Shown here: positions 39,487 through 50,300 of the stretch, one piece after another
Layout: every line of letters begins with the position of its first letter
How positions within the stretch are numbered: the stretch's first letter is position 1
Source of the DNA: Microcoleus sp.
GTDB taxonomy: Bacteria > Cyanobacteriota > Cyanobacteriia > Cyanobacteriales > Microcoleaceae
NCBI GenBank assembly: GCA_052279835.1
Contig: CP181291.1
Coordinates: 4,640,001 to 4,704,000 of the forward strand
Direction of reading: 5' to 3'
Length of the DNA stretch: 64,000 nucleotides
Made by a program: the position numbers and the translations under genes
The notes under the pieces: generated by a model
The model's database searches: none
Told to the model about the DNA's origin: nothing
Seen by the model: the letters and a program-made list of their open reading frames with translations, nothing else

Positions 39487-41103
39487 GTGAATACTTACTT
39501 TTTACCGACAATAAGCGAAATTTTAGCCGCCTCTGGCCCAGAACATGAGCTCAGTTTCTGTGATGGGAAGTTGGCGGGAGAAAACAACCGCCATCGCTGT
39601 CCAGGTAGTCGCGGGGCTTCCAGGCTGAAAGCGGAACAGGAATGGTACGGTGCGATCGCCACTTTAAATCAAATGCTTGATCGACAACAACAGGGACAAA
39701 AAACTGATTCCTGGGGAACAAATTGTCTCTCAACTGTTCCCAATTCCTGCCACGGATTAGTGCTATCGGGTCCATCTTCCGTTTTAACTAACCCAGCCGT
39801 GGCTTCCGGCTTTGCCAATTGGATTTTTACCAGTATTCCCGACAACGATGCAGCTTTGTGGTCTTTTCGGACCCGACAAACTTTAGCTTTACTGCCGGCG
39901 GGTGATGTGCAAATCTCAGGCCCGGCTGCTGCGCCTGCACTGGCTTTGGCGATGGGCGATCCTTTAGCTAACGAGCAGTTTTGTTTGGTTCTCACAGCTA
40001 GTTTTAGCTTGGTGATGGTTTTAGGCGAAAATGCTCTGGGCATTCCAGCTTTTCTATTTTCTTTCGACCCCCAAGTAGTCGCGAAAGCTTGGGAAGTTTT
40101 GCGACGCAGGGTGACTGAAAGTGAAGGTTTGCTAGGAAATTTTGACAGCGCCATCAATTTAGATGTGAGTCAATTTACTGCTCATTCTACTAAATTAGAT
40201 GCAATTTTTCAGCAGTTTTATCCGGTGGAGCCAAATTATCAAACAGTCATGCAGTTCAGTCGCTTGTTGTTGCATAATTTGCCGATTGGCAAAGAAGAAA
40301 CAGGCCGATTTAAGGAGGAAAGAATTGATGATAGTTTGAGAGACAGGCATGAAAAATTACAGGGGAAGAATCTCAACTGTAAATCTCCGATTCCTCACGC
40401 TACTAAAGAGGTGGAATTGCTACAGGCGATCGCCCACGAAGTCCGCACTCCCTTGGCTACGATTCGCACTCTCACTAGATTGTTGCTGAAACGTCCCAAA
40501 CTAGATGCCGTGGTAGTCAAGCGTTTGGAAATGATTGATGCCGAGTGTACCGCTCAGATCGATCGCTTCGGCTTGATTTTCCGGGCTGTAGAAATGGAAA
40601 TGTCTCAAGCGAAAAATTCCGGTGTACAACTAACAGCCATGTCCCTCGGTGAAGTGCTGCTTGATAGCATTCCGCGCTGGCAAAAACAAGCAAGTCAGCG
40701 GAATCATACTTTGGAAGTAATTGTCCCGAAAAAATTGCCGACAGTAGTTAGCGATCCGACTATGTTAGACCAGGTTTTAACTGGTTTGATTGAAAATTTT
40801 ACTCGCACTTTGCCATCGGGTAGTCACATTCAAGTGGGGGTAACATTGGCGGGAAATCAGTTAAAGTTGCAGTTGGAATCAGAACATTTATCTGAAGGTA
40901 ATGATACCTCAACTTTTGCCACTAAGGCTAATAGTCCTTTGCGGTCGATCGGACCTTTGTTGATGGTGCAGCCAGAAACAGGAAGTTTGAGTTTAAATTT
41001 GAGCGTGACTAAGAATTTATTCCGGGCTGCTGGGGGAAAATTGGTGATTCGCCAGCGCCCCCAAAAGGGTGAGGTGATGACGGTGTTTTTGCCTCTGCAA
41101 TAG
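39487..41103 (+). CDS. Hik2-like sensor histidine kinase
   Basis: EQFCLVLT..FSLVMVL, AHEVRTPLATIRTLTRLL, QPETGSLSL..VTKNLF. Confidence 0.8.
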   Translation: MNTYFLPTISEILAASGPEHELSFCDGKLAGENNRHRCPGSRGASRLKAEQEWYGAIATLNQMLDRQQQGQKTDSWGTNCLSTVPNSCHGLVLSGPSSVLTNPAVASGFANWIFTSIPDNDAALWSFRTRQTLALLPAGDVQISGPAAAPALALAMGDPLANEQFCLVLTASFSLVMVLGENALGIPAFLFSFDPQVVAKAWEVLRRRVTESEGLLGNFDSAINLDVSQFTAHSTKLDAIFQQFYPVEPNYQTVMQFSRLLLHNLPIGKEETGRFKEERIDDSLRDRHEKLQGKNLNCKSPIPHATKEVELLQAIAHEVRTPLATIRTLTRLLLKRPKLDAVVVKRLEMIDAECTAQIDRFGLIFRAVEMEMSQAKNSGVQLTAMSLGEVLLDSIPRWQKQASQRNHTLEVIVPKKLPTVVSDPTMLDQVLTGLIENFTRTLPSGSHIQVGVTLAGNQLKLQLESEHLSEGNDTSTFATKANSPLRSIGPLLMVQPETGSLSLNLSVTKNLFRAAGGKLVIRQRPQKGEVMTVFLPLQ

Positions 41104-41120
41104 TGATTGGTTGTTAGTTA

Positions 41121-41248
41121 TAAGTAAGTCCACTTAATTAAACGTAAGATACAGGTGGCTAAAAAGCTTGCTGTATGAGCCTTCTTCCTTCTTCCTGAAT
41201 TTCCCCCCTTGGGGGGGGCAGGGGGGGGTGACTTCTTCCTTCTACTTA
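41121..41248. mobile_element. ~128-bp MITE, left flank of NRPS cluster
   Basis: TAAGTA...TACTTA ends; reverse complement of 56535-56658 apart from a short internal segment. Confidence 0.8.
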
Positions 41249-41369
41249 CCAATTTCATCAAGTTACATATCTACCCCCCCTTACTAAGGGGGGGCTTTGA
41301 ACTACATCTGTAGTAGGACTTTATGAAAATGGTATTATGGGGGATGATGAGATTGTGGTTGAATTAAAT

Positions 41370-42146
41370 TCAATCCAGTTCTAACCAATGGTGGCAAGTC
41401 AACTGTGTACCCCCTGTTTCTACAGCAATTGCTGCGAGATAATTTGGTGCAGGAATCAGCGCTTTTAAATACCATAAATTCGGTGCTGTACGCGCGGCGA
41501 AGCTATCAGGTCGGGCATCGAACTCTACGTCCAACAGCCGTGCGGGTTCCCCTGGAGTTAGGGAAACGCTAAACCGATGGAGGGGAAAGCTCAATCCGTC
41601 TCCGATCGCCTTTATGTAAGCTTCTTTGCGAGTCCAGCAATTAAAAAATGCGGCTAATTTTTCCTCCGCTGAAACTGTCTTAAATTCTGTCTTTTCTTGG
41701 GGGGAAAAAAAACGCTCAGCAATTGACTCCATGTGGGGAACGGGACGGATTTTTTCGATATCTACTCCAATTTGGCGGCTGCGAGTCAGGGCATATAAAG
41801 CTAAGCCTTGAGAGTGAGACAAGTTAAAACTAAGTGTGCTGTCCAAATTGGCGGCTATTTCTGGCTTGCCACAGGGGCCGTAACTGAACTCGACTAGGTT
41901 GGGAGCGACTTTTAAATAGCGGCTCAGAATGGCTCTGAGCGCGCCTCTGCCAACGATAAAATGGTTTTTGTCTCGATCGAACCTAAAGCGTTCTGCCCTC
42001 TGTAATTCGCTATCACAGAGGGTTTGTGCTAACTTTTGGATCTGCGATGGGGGTCGATCGAGATTCACGCGCCAGATATGAATGTCTGTGCTCGATATTG
42101 TTAAGTCTGCGGCTGCGTTTTCCCAGATGCGATCGGCATCTGCCAT
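41370..42146 (-). CDS. Sfp/HetI-type 4'-phosphopantetheinyl transferase
   Basis: GKP, FNLSHS, IGVDIE, WTRKEAYIKAIGDGL. Confidence 0.95.
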   Translation of the reverse strand: MADADRIWENAAADLTISSTDIHIWRVNLDRPPSQIQKLAQTLCDSELQRAERFRFDRDKNHFIVGRGALRAILSRYLKVAPNLVEFSYGPCGKPEIAANLDSTLSFNLSHSQGLALYALTRSRQIGVDIEKIRPVPHMESIAERFFSPQEKTEFKTVSAEEKLAAFFNCWTRKEAYIKAIGDGLSFPLHRFSVSLTPGEPARLLDVEFDARPDSFAARTAPNLWYLKALIPAPNYLAAIAVETGGTQLTCHHWLELD

Positions 42147-42250
42147 CAATCTTTACCTCCTGTCGGGCAATTTTTACGATAACTTGCTATGCTTAGATAA
42201 CTTTATCAGGAGTTAGGCAGCTCGATAGTGCTATTTTAGCAATAAAACCG

Positions 42251-45200
42251 ATGAGTGAAATTGGGGACGATCGACACCAACTCAAGATTTCTGAAGCAGC
42301 AGAAGTGTTCGTATTTCCGGCATCTTTTGCCCAGCAGCGGTTGTGGTTTCTCGACCAATTATCGCCGAATAATCCTTTTTACAACGTGACAACTGCACTG
42401 CGCTTGACTGGTGCCCTCGATCGAGATTGTCTGGAAAGGGCGATCGGGGAAATTGTGCACAGACATGAAGTTTTGCGGACGACTTTTGCAGCGGTAGACG
42501 GGCAGCCGATACAAGTAATTTCTCCCACTTGCAAGTTTGTTTTAAATATAGCTGATTTGCGAACACTGCACCCAGAAATACGGGAAGTAGAAGCTATTAA
42601 ATTAGCTCAATTAGAGGCGGAAATACCTTTTGATTTATCGGTGTCACCGCTGCTGCGAGCGGTGCTGATTTGTTTGTCGGAAACCGAGCATATTATATCA
42701 ATAAATATGCACCATATTGTAGCGGATGATTGGTCGATCGGAGTGTTGATTCGAGAACTGGGAATTATCTATACAGCCTTGATTGGCGATCGACCTTCGC
42801 CACTGCCGAAATTGCCGCTGCAATATGCCGATTTTTCGGAATGGCAGCGCCAATGTTTGCAGGGGGAAGTATTAGAAAATCAGTTGGTTTATTGGCGGCA
42901 GCAGTTGGCGGGTATTCAGCCGCTGAATTTGCCAGTCGATCGACCTAAATTAGCCGCCCAAAGCTACCGGGGTGCTACGGAATTTTTTGAGCTAGCGCCA
43001 CACCTGGGCAGCGAATTGAAAGGGCTGGCCCAGCGAGAAGGTGCGACTTTGTTTATGACTTTGCTAGCAGCATTTCAGGTTTTGCTGTCGCGGTATTCGC
43101 AGCAGTCGGATATTGCTGTCGGCAGTCCGATCGCCAACCGCAACCGCAGCGAAATTGAAGGGTTAATCGGTTTTTTTGTCAATACTTTAGTGCTGCGAAG
43201 TGACTTATCGGGAAACCCGACTTTTCGAGAATTTTTAAACCGAGTTCGGGAAGTAACGATGTCGGCTTACGCCAGCCAAGATGTGCCTTTCGAGCAACTG
43301 GTGGAGGAATTGCAGCCGCAGCGTTATTTGCATCAAAATCCGCTGTTTCAGGTGGTATTCAGCCTGCAAAATGCGCCTTTGCAGCCTCTACAATTGCCTG
43401 GGTTGAAGTTGAGTTATGTCAATTTGGAAGTGAAAACGGCGCGTTTTGATTTGGAATTGCACTTGTGGGATGCTGCGGATAGTTTCAGGAATTTCTACGG
43501 GAAAGATTGGCAGTATGCTGACAGTCTCAGAGGGGCGGCTATCTACAACACCGATTTGTTCGATCGAGCCACAATTAGCAGGATGTTGGAACATTTTAAG
43601 ATGCTTTTGTCAAGCATTGTTGCTAACCCAGAACAGCGAATTGCTAACTTGCTGTTATTGAACCCAGCCCAACGGCAGCGGCTGTTAGTTGAATGGAACA
43701 ATACTCGCAGGGATTATCCGAGAAATAAATGCGTCCATGAGTTATTTGAGGAGATAGTCGATCGCCATTCCAGCGATATCGCCCTCAGTGGTGCAGGGCA
43801 ACAATTTACTTATGGAGAACTCAACTATCGCAGCAATCAACTAGCACATTATTTGCGAAAATTGGGGGTGAATGCGGGGGTTTTGGTGGGGCTGTGCGCG
43901 GCACGATCGCCCGATACGGTTGTCGGTATGTTGGCGATTTTGAAAGCTGGGGGAGCTTACTTGCCTTTAGACCCGACTTATCCAGGCGATCTCCTCAATT
44001 TTATGTTAGCAGATGCTGGAGTTAATGTATTGCTGGTAGAGTCAAAGTTGGCGGCTCAGTTTGCAGAATTTCAGGGGGCGATTGTTAATTTGGGCGATCG
44101 GGAAATTCTCGCCACCAAAAGCGCGGAAAATCTCGCCAACACTACCACCTCAGATAATCTAGCTTACGTTATTTATACATCCGGTTCTACCGGCAAACCC
44201 AAAGGTGTTGCCGTTTCGCACAAAGCTGTAAATCGGCTGGTTATCAATACAAATTACGTTAATTTATCACCTTCAGATAAGGTGGCTCAAGTCTCAAACA
44301 CTTCATTTGATGCAGCTACCTTCGAGATTTGGGGAGCTTTGCTCAACGGCTCTGGGTTGGTGATAATTAATACAGAAACTATGCTAGAGCCGCGCGAGTT
44401 TGCCGCCGAAATTCGCCGACAAGGAATTACTGTTTTGTTCTTAACTACTGCCTTGTTCCACAAAACTGTTGGCAGCGTTCCGCAAGCATTTGATTCGCTG
44501 ACATATCTGCTATTTGGAGGAGAAGTTGCCGATCCCAAATGCGTGCGAGAAGTTCTCAAACAAGGGTCGCCCAAACATTTAATTCACGTTTACGGCCCGA
44601 CTGAGAATACCAGTTTTTCTACTTTTTACTGCGTGGTAGATGTACCGGAAGCCGCAGTGTCAGTGCCGATCGGCAAACCCATCGCCAACACGCAGATTTA
44701 CCTATTGGATAGCGATTTGCAGCCAGTGCCGATCGGCATTCCGGGCGAACTGTACCTGGGCGGCGACGGACTGGCCCAGGGCTATCTCAACCGTCCCGAT
44801 TTAACAGCAGAAAAATTTATTCCCAATCCTTTTACTACCAATTCTGAGTTAGGAGAATCTACTAATTTAAAATTTTATAAAACTGGCGATTTAGCCCGCT
44901 ATCTTCCCGATGGAAATATCGAATTTTTAGGGCGCATTGACAGTCAGGTAAAGATGCGCGGATACCGCATCGAGTTGGGAGAAATTGAAGCAGTGCTGAA
45001 GCAGTATCCGGGAGTGAAAGCTGCGGCGGTAATTGTGCGGGAAGATGTGCCGGGAGACAGGTATTTAGCTGCTTATGTGGTGGTTGAGGGGATTAATTAC
45101 AAACTGCGATCGCCTAATTTGCGGAAATTTTTGCAACAGAAACTGCCGGGGTATATGGTGCCAAAAACTTGGACGGTGCTGGAATCCCTGCCGCTGACTC

Positions 45201-45565
45201 CTAACGGCAAAGTCGATCGCGCGGTGTTACTGAAGATAGATGCAGAAACGGGCGATATTCCAGCAAATTATGTAGCGCCTCGGACAGAAGTAGAACAAGT
45301 GCTGACTAAAATTTGGGCTCAAGTTTTGGGAAAAAAGCAAGTAAGTGTGGGTGATAATTTTTTTGAATTGGGCGGGCATTCGCTGCTAGCAACTCAGTTA
45401 ATTTCCCGCATTAGAGATGCTTTTAAAATCGAATTGTCTGTCAGAAATTTGTTTGAGACACCGACGGTGGAGAGTCTGGCAAAATATATTGAGACTGTGT
45501 GTTGGGCGACGAAAAGTCAACAAATTTCACAGCCGACAGATGTGAGAGAAGATTTGGAATTTTGA
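42251..45565 (+). CDS. NRPS module 1, C-A-T (A code ~DAFFLGVSFK, Ile/Val-like)
   Basis: HHIVADDW C motif, YTSGSTGKPKG, YGPTE, FFELGGHSL; code read manually. Confidence 0.93.
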   Translation: MSEIGDDRHQLKISEAAEVFVFPASFAQQRLWFLDQLSPNNPFYNVTTALRLTGALDRDCLERAIGEIVHRHEVLRTTFAAVDGQPIQVISPTCKFVLNIADLRTLHPEIREVEAIKLAQLEAEIPFDLSVSPLLRAVLICLSETEHIISINMHHIVADDWSIGVLIRELGIIYTALIGDRPSPLPKLPLQYADFSEWQRQCLQGEVLENQLVYWRQQLAGIQPLNLPVDRPKLAAQSYRGATEFFELAPHLGSELKGLAQREGATLFMTLLAAFQVLLSRYSQQSDIAVGSPIANRNRSEIEGLIGFFVNTLVLRSDLSGNPTFREFLNRVREVTMSAYASQDVPFEQLVEELQPQRYLHQNPLFQVVFSLQNAPLQPLQLPGLKLSYVNLEVKTARFDLELHLWDAADSFRNFYGKDWQYADSLRGAAIYNTDLFDRATISRMLEHFKMLLSSIVANPEQRIANLLLLNPAQRQRLLVEWNNTRRDYPRNKCVHELFEEIVDRHSSDIALSGAGQQFTYGELNYRSNQLAHYLRKLGVNAGVLVGLCAARSPDTVVGMLAILKAGGAYLPLDPTYPGDLLNFMLADAGVNVLLVESKLAAQFAEFQGAIVNLGDREILATKSAENLANTTTSDNLAYVIYTSGSTGKPKGVAVSHKAVNRLVINTNYVNLSPSDKVAQVSNTSFDAATFEIWGALLNGSGLVIINTETMLEPREFAAEIRRQGITVLFLTTALFHKTVGSVPQAFDSLTYLLFGGEVADPKCVREVLKQGSPKHLIHVYGPTENTSFSTFYCVVDVPEAAVSVPIGKPIANTQIYLLDSDLQPVPIGIPGELYLGGDGLAQGYLNRPDLTAEKFIPNPFTTNSELGESTNLKFYKTGDLARYLPDGNIEFLGRIDSQVKMRGYRIELGEIEAVLKQYPGVKAAAVIVREDVPGDRYLAAYVVVEGINYKLRSPNLRKFLQQKLPGYMVPKTWTVLESLPLTPNGKVDRAVLLKIDAETGDIPANYVAPRTEVEQVLTKIWAQVLGKKQVSVGDNFFELGGHSLLATQLISRIRDAFKIELSVRNLFETPTVESLAKYIETVCWATKSQQISQPTDVREDLEF

Positions 45566-45611
45566 GCGGACACACCGATTATTTGCTGTATTTTGCGTTT
45601 GATGAGCTGTT

Positions 45612-45717
45612 ATATCAATTCCGGTTGTATCGTCAGGTGATTTAACCGCGAAGGCGCTCATGACGCGAAGGGAGATAAGAGAGATGAATACAGGACGATG
45701 GCTAGGATCGTAATATC
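45612..45717. mobile_element. degenerate MITE (ATATCAATTCCG family)
   Basis: ATATCAATTCCGGTT...AACCGCGAAGG..GGGAGATAAGAGAGATGAATA; resembles 17505 and 10849 elements. Confidence 0.5.
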
Positions 45718-45758
45718 ACCCCGTCACCTCCTCAGCCCGTGAAGTTGGTAGCGAAAAG

Positions 45759-46868
45759 TCACGATCGCGCCACGCAAAAAGCCCTGACAACTTCCGCAAA
45801 CTGCTGGTTTTTTTCCATCAGTGCCATGTGTCCTCCCGGCTTTAAAGCAATCAGTTCTGCTTGAGGCAATTCTGCTTTCATTCGCTGGCTGGCAGCGGGG
45901 AGAGTAACAATATCTGAATTGCCGCAGATAACTAGCACTGGAACGGTAATTGTGGGCAAAGTTTTTGTTTCATCGTATTTGAACATTGCCAGGGTGCCAA
46001 GGGCGAGAACGCGGGGGGAACCCAAGGCTGATAAGAATGCTGAAAAGTCTAATTGACCGCGAGTTTCTGTACCTTTAAAGCCGGATATTTCTACGCTGAG
46101 GTATAGCGAACCGTTGAGGTAACTCTGCCAAGTCATCAGCCAAAAAATCGGGGAAAGAATCGTGGCGATGTGCAATATCGGTTCGAGCAAAGGCTTTTGC
46201 AAAGCTCGCAACAAGCCGCTAAACATGCAGGTTTGTAGGGGATTTGTATAAGTGGTATCTACTAAGATTAAACCCGCTACTCGGGAGCCGAGATGTTCTG
46301 GGAACAGGCGACAAAATGTTAGGGAAATCATGCCTCCCATGCTGTGTCCGAGCAGGAAAACTGGTTTGTCTCCGGCTAGGGCAACGACGGCTTCGAGGTC
46401 GCGGGCAAGTTTTTCTAAGGAGTAATCGCTGTTTTTCGGTCGAGTGGATTTTCCCAGGCCTGGCAAGTCCCAAACTATCACTCGAAATCGATCGCTCAAT
46501 TGCTTTTTTGCGTAATACCAAACCATACTGTTTGGCCCCCAACCGTGCGATAAAATAATCGGCTGTCCGTCTTCCGGGCCGTAGAATTCTACTTGTAAAA
46601 CAGTGCCATCTGGTCTTTTTAACCGCTGCACCATACCCGTCCGCGTTGGCTTCGGTTCGTCAGATCCGGGGCGGCGAAACAGAGTCAAGCTCATAAAACG
46701 GCCGCCAAAAGACCAAATAACAATTAATATTCCGCTAACTAAATAGGACGTTGCTATAAGTTCGCCGATGTACAATTCGTAAAGAATGTAGATACCTCCG
46801 CCCAGTATTCCGAAGGACAGCAGTCCCATCAGCCCTAGGAGCAGGAAATTGATTGGCATGAACGGCAT
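45759..46868 (-). CDS. membrane-anchored alpha/beta hydrolase
   Basis: Two N-terminal TMs, HGWG, DLPGLGKS, GHSMGG, GHM. Confidence 0.9.
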   Translation of the reverse strand: MPFMPINFLLLGLMGLLSFGILGGGIYILYELYIGELIATSYLVSGILIVIWSFGGRFMSLTLFRRPGSDEPKPTRTGMVQRLKRPDGTVLQVEFYGPEDGQPIILSHGWGPNSMVWYYAKKQLSDRFRVIVWDLPGLGKSTRPKNSDYSLEKLARDLEAVVALAGDKPVFLLGHSMGGMISLTFCRLFPEHLGSRVAGLILVDTTYTNPLQTCMFSGLLRALQKPLLEPILHIATILSPIFWLMTWQSYLNGSLYLSVEISGFKGTETRGQLDFSAFLSALGSPRVLALGTLAMFKYDETKTLPTITVPVLVICGNSDIVTLPAASQRMKAELPQAELIALKPGGHMALMEKNQQFAEVVRAFCVARS

Positions 46869-47016
46869 AAGCTGAAACCTTGCGAGCGAATTTTGGTTGC
46901 TTGGTCTAACAATATCATACTTAAGTTATATTCAAATTGGCCTAAAGTGAGATAAACTTTGATATCTAATCTGATTAATTCCACGTTATATTTTTAGGGA
47001 CACCGCAGTGCCTATT

Positions 47017-47229
47017 AGTGTCAACTTAAGTCTGAAAAACTTTATGTATCTCTTGTTTATAGCCGAGTCTAGATCCCCCCTAACCCCCCTTAATAAGGGG
47101 GGGACAAGAAATATTATCTTTCGTCCCGCTTCCCCCCTTGGGGGGGTAGGGGAAGGTGGGGATTTAGAGGGGGATTGAGACTTCGATACAAACGAGAGAG
47201 ACAGAGAGTTTTAGTCTGAAGTTGATACC
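47017..47229. mobile_element. MITE-like element with TGTCAACTT ends and CCCCCT..AGGGGG hairpins
   Basis: GTGTCAACTTAAG ... CTGAAGTTGATAC imperfect TIRs. Confidence 0.5.
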
Positions 47230-47346
47230 AATGGGTAGCGCCGTGTTCTTAAGCGTAGCGCGTTAATTTAACCTGATTGAGTATGATTAATATAATAAAA
47301 ACAATTATTTTATTAATTTGCCAACGCGATCGCAGGATAACTGAAA

Positions 47347-50300
47347 ATGCCAGAGCCAGAAATGTCCAGTTTACCGTCACAAGTCGGAGATTCCGTCAGT
47401 GGGTTGGTTGATTTTTTATCTCGCCTCCGCAGTCTGGATATCAATGTGTTTATTGATGGCAAAATCCTGCGCTGCAATGCTCCTGAAGGAGTTTTGAATG
47501 CGGATATACGGGCAGAAATTTTTAATAGAAAAGACGAAATAATTGCTTTTTTAAAGGCTGCTAATTCTACTAATGCCAACATCGTGCCTGTTTCGCGGGA
47601 AGGAATTTTAGCGCTTTCTTTTGCACAGCAGCGGCTGTGGTTTATGGATAAATTAGTGCCGAACAATCCGTTTTATAATGTTCCGGCGGCGGTGCTGATG
47701 ACGGGGGCGATCGATTTTGCGGCACTGCAACAAAGTTTTAATGAAATTGTCCGCCGTCATGAAGCTTTGCGGACGATTTTTGTGGCGGTAAATGGACAGC
47801 CAGTTCAAAAGATAGTGGCTGCTTTTGATGTGCCGATCGCCCTTTTGGATTTGTGCAATTGGCCGCCAGCCAAACGAGACGTTGAGGCCGATCGGTTGAT
47901 GACTCAGGAGGCTCAGCGGCCTTTTAATTTGGCGACGGGGTCCGCTACTGCGCGTGACTTTATTGCAGTTGAGTGAAGCCGAATATTTGCTGATGCTGAA
48001 TATGCACCACATTGTGTCTGATGGGTGGTCGATCGGGGTGCTGATTCGGGAATTGGGGGTGCTTTATCCGGCTTTTTCTAGTCAAAAACCTTCGCCTTTA
48101 CGGGAATTATCTATTCAGTATGCTGATTTTGCACGGTGGCAGCGCGATCGGCTGCAAGGGGATGTTTTAGAAGCTCAGTTGGCTTATTGGCGGCGGCAGT
48201 TAGATGGTGTTTCGATGTTGAACTTGCCAACGGATCGCCCGCGGCCTGCAATTCAAAGTTACCGGGGAAAACGGCTGTTTTTGCAACTGCCAAAACAATT
48301 GAGCGAGGGTTTAGAAACTTTGAGCCAGCGCGAAGAAGTAACGTTATTTATGACAATGTTAGCGGCTTTTCAAACGCTGCTTTTTCGCTATTGGCAGCAG
48401 TCAGATATTGCAGTGGGAACTCCGATCGCCAATCGTAACCGCAGTGAAATTGAAGCATTAATTGGATTTTTTGTCAACAGTTTGGTGCTGCGAACTGACT
48501 TATCAGGAAACCCAAGTTTTCGGGAACTTTTACACAGGGTAAAAGAAGTCGCCTTGGGAGCTTACGCCCACCAAGATGTGCCGTTTGAAAAGCTGGTGGA
48601 GGAACTGCATCCCGATCGCGCTTTGAATCAAAATCCCCTATTTCAGGTGGTGTTTGCGCTGCAAAACGCCCCGGCGGACCAGTTAAAATTGCCGGGATTG
48701 ACGCTAAGGCCACAGCAGTTGGATGCGGGGACGGCTCGGTTCGATTTGGAGTTTCATTTGTGGGAGCGATCGCCCGATAATAAACTGTGGGTTGATTGTG
48801 CCGATGGCATTAGCGGTTTTGTAATTTACAGCGCGTATTTGTTTGATGAAGCTACCATTGTGCGGATGCTGGAGCATTTTGAAACCCTGCTCTCAAGTAT
48901 TGTTGCCAACCCCGATGGTCAGATTGCGAATTTAGAAATTCTGACGGCAACTGAACGAGAGTTACTGTTAGTTGAATACAATAACAATCAGGTAAATTAT
49001 CCCCAGGATTTAGGCGTTCACCAGTTATTTGAACTTCAAGCCCAGCGCACTCCCGATGCGGTAGCTTTGGTATTTGGAGAACAACAGATTTCCTATCAAG
49101 AGCTAAATAGCCGCAGCAACAAATTAGCCAGTTACTTGCAAAAAATGGGGGTGGGTGCGGAAGTTTTGGTGGGGATTTGCCTAGAGCGCTCCATCGAGGC
49201 AATTATCGGGATGCTGGGCATTTTGAAAGCGGGAGGAGCTTATTTACCTTTAGATCCGACTTATCCGCGCGATCGCTTGAATTTGATGTTAGCAGATGGG
49301 CGCGTGCCGGTAGTGCTTACCCGCCGGGAGTTTGAACTCGAAGCTAATCGCGAGATTAGTGAAAGCGGAGAAATTTACAATCCGATTTTGGTTTATTTGG
49401 ATCGGATTTGGGAAATTGTCGAGCGAGAAAATCCCGATAATCCGACAGCCCCAGTTGCAGCCGCAAATCTGGCTTGTGTCATCTATACATCCGGTTCCAG
49501 TGGCAAGCCAAAAGGAGTGCAAATCGAGCACCGCAACTTGTTAAATTTGATTTTTTGGCATCAGCAAGAGTTTGCAATTTCAGCGGGCGATCGCACATCG
49601 CAAATTGCCGGCATTGCTTTCGATGCTTTCGGTTGGGAAATCTGGCCCGCTTTGGCAGCAGGTGCTAGCATTTACTTGGCTGAGGATGAAATTAGAATCT
49701 CGCCCGATCGCCTCCGGGAATGGCTGCTATCAAATCAAATCACTGTTAGCTTTGTGCCGACACCTGTAGCCGAACAACTTTTGCTTTTAGATTGGCCGCT
49801 GAATTCTGCGCTGCGAATTTTGCTAACAGGAGGCGACAAACTCCGCCAGTATCCGTCAGCCAAGCATCCTTTTCAAGTAGTGAATAATTACGGTCCGACT
49901 GAGAACACGGTTGTGGCAACTTCTGGTATAATTCCGGTTAGGGAGGAGGCAGATACAGCACCGGCGATCGGACGGGCGATCGCCAACGTTCAAGTGTATG
50001 TATTGGACCAGTATTTGCACCCCGTACCTGTTGGCGTTGCTGGCGAATTGTACCTCGGTGGCTGCGGAGTTGCTAGGGGCTATCTCAACAGGCCAGAATT
50101 AACTGAAGAAAAATTTATTCCCAATCCTTTTGCTGTCAACTCTGAGCTACAAGCACCAATAAAACCTTCCCAACTATACAAAACAGGCGATTTAGTTCGC
50201 TACCGCAAGGATGGCAATCTGGAGTTTTTAGGCAGGTGCGACGAACAAGTGAAAATTCGGGGTTTCCGCATCGAATTAGGAGAAATTGAATCAGTATTGG

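Noticed and set aside
47347..47976. Stand-alone 209-aa partial condensation protein
   Set aside because: It is the N-terminus of NRPS module 2, separated by a one-base frameshift
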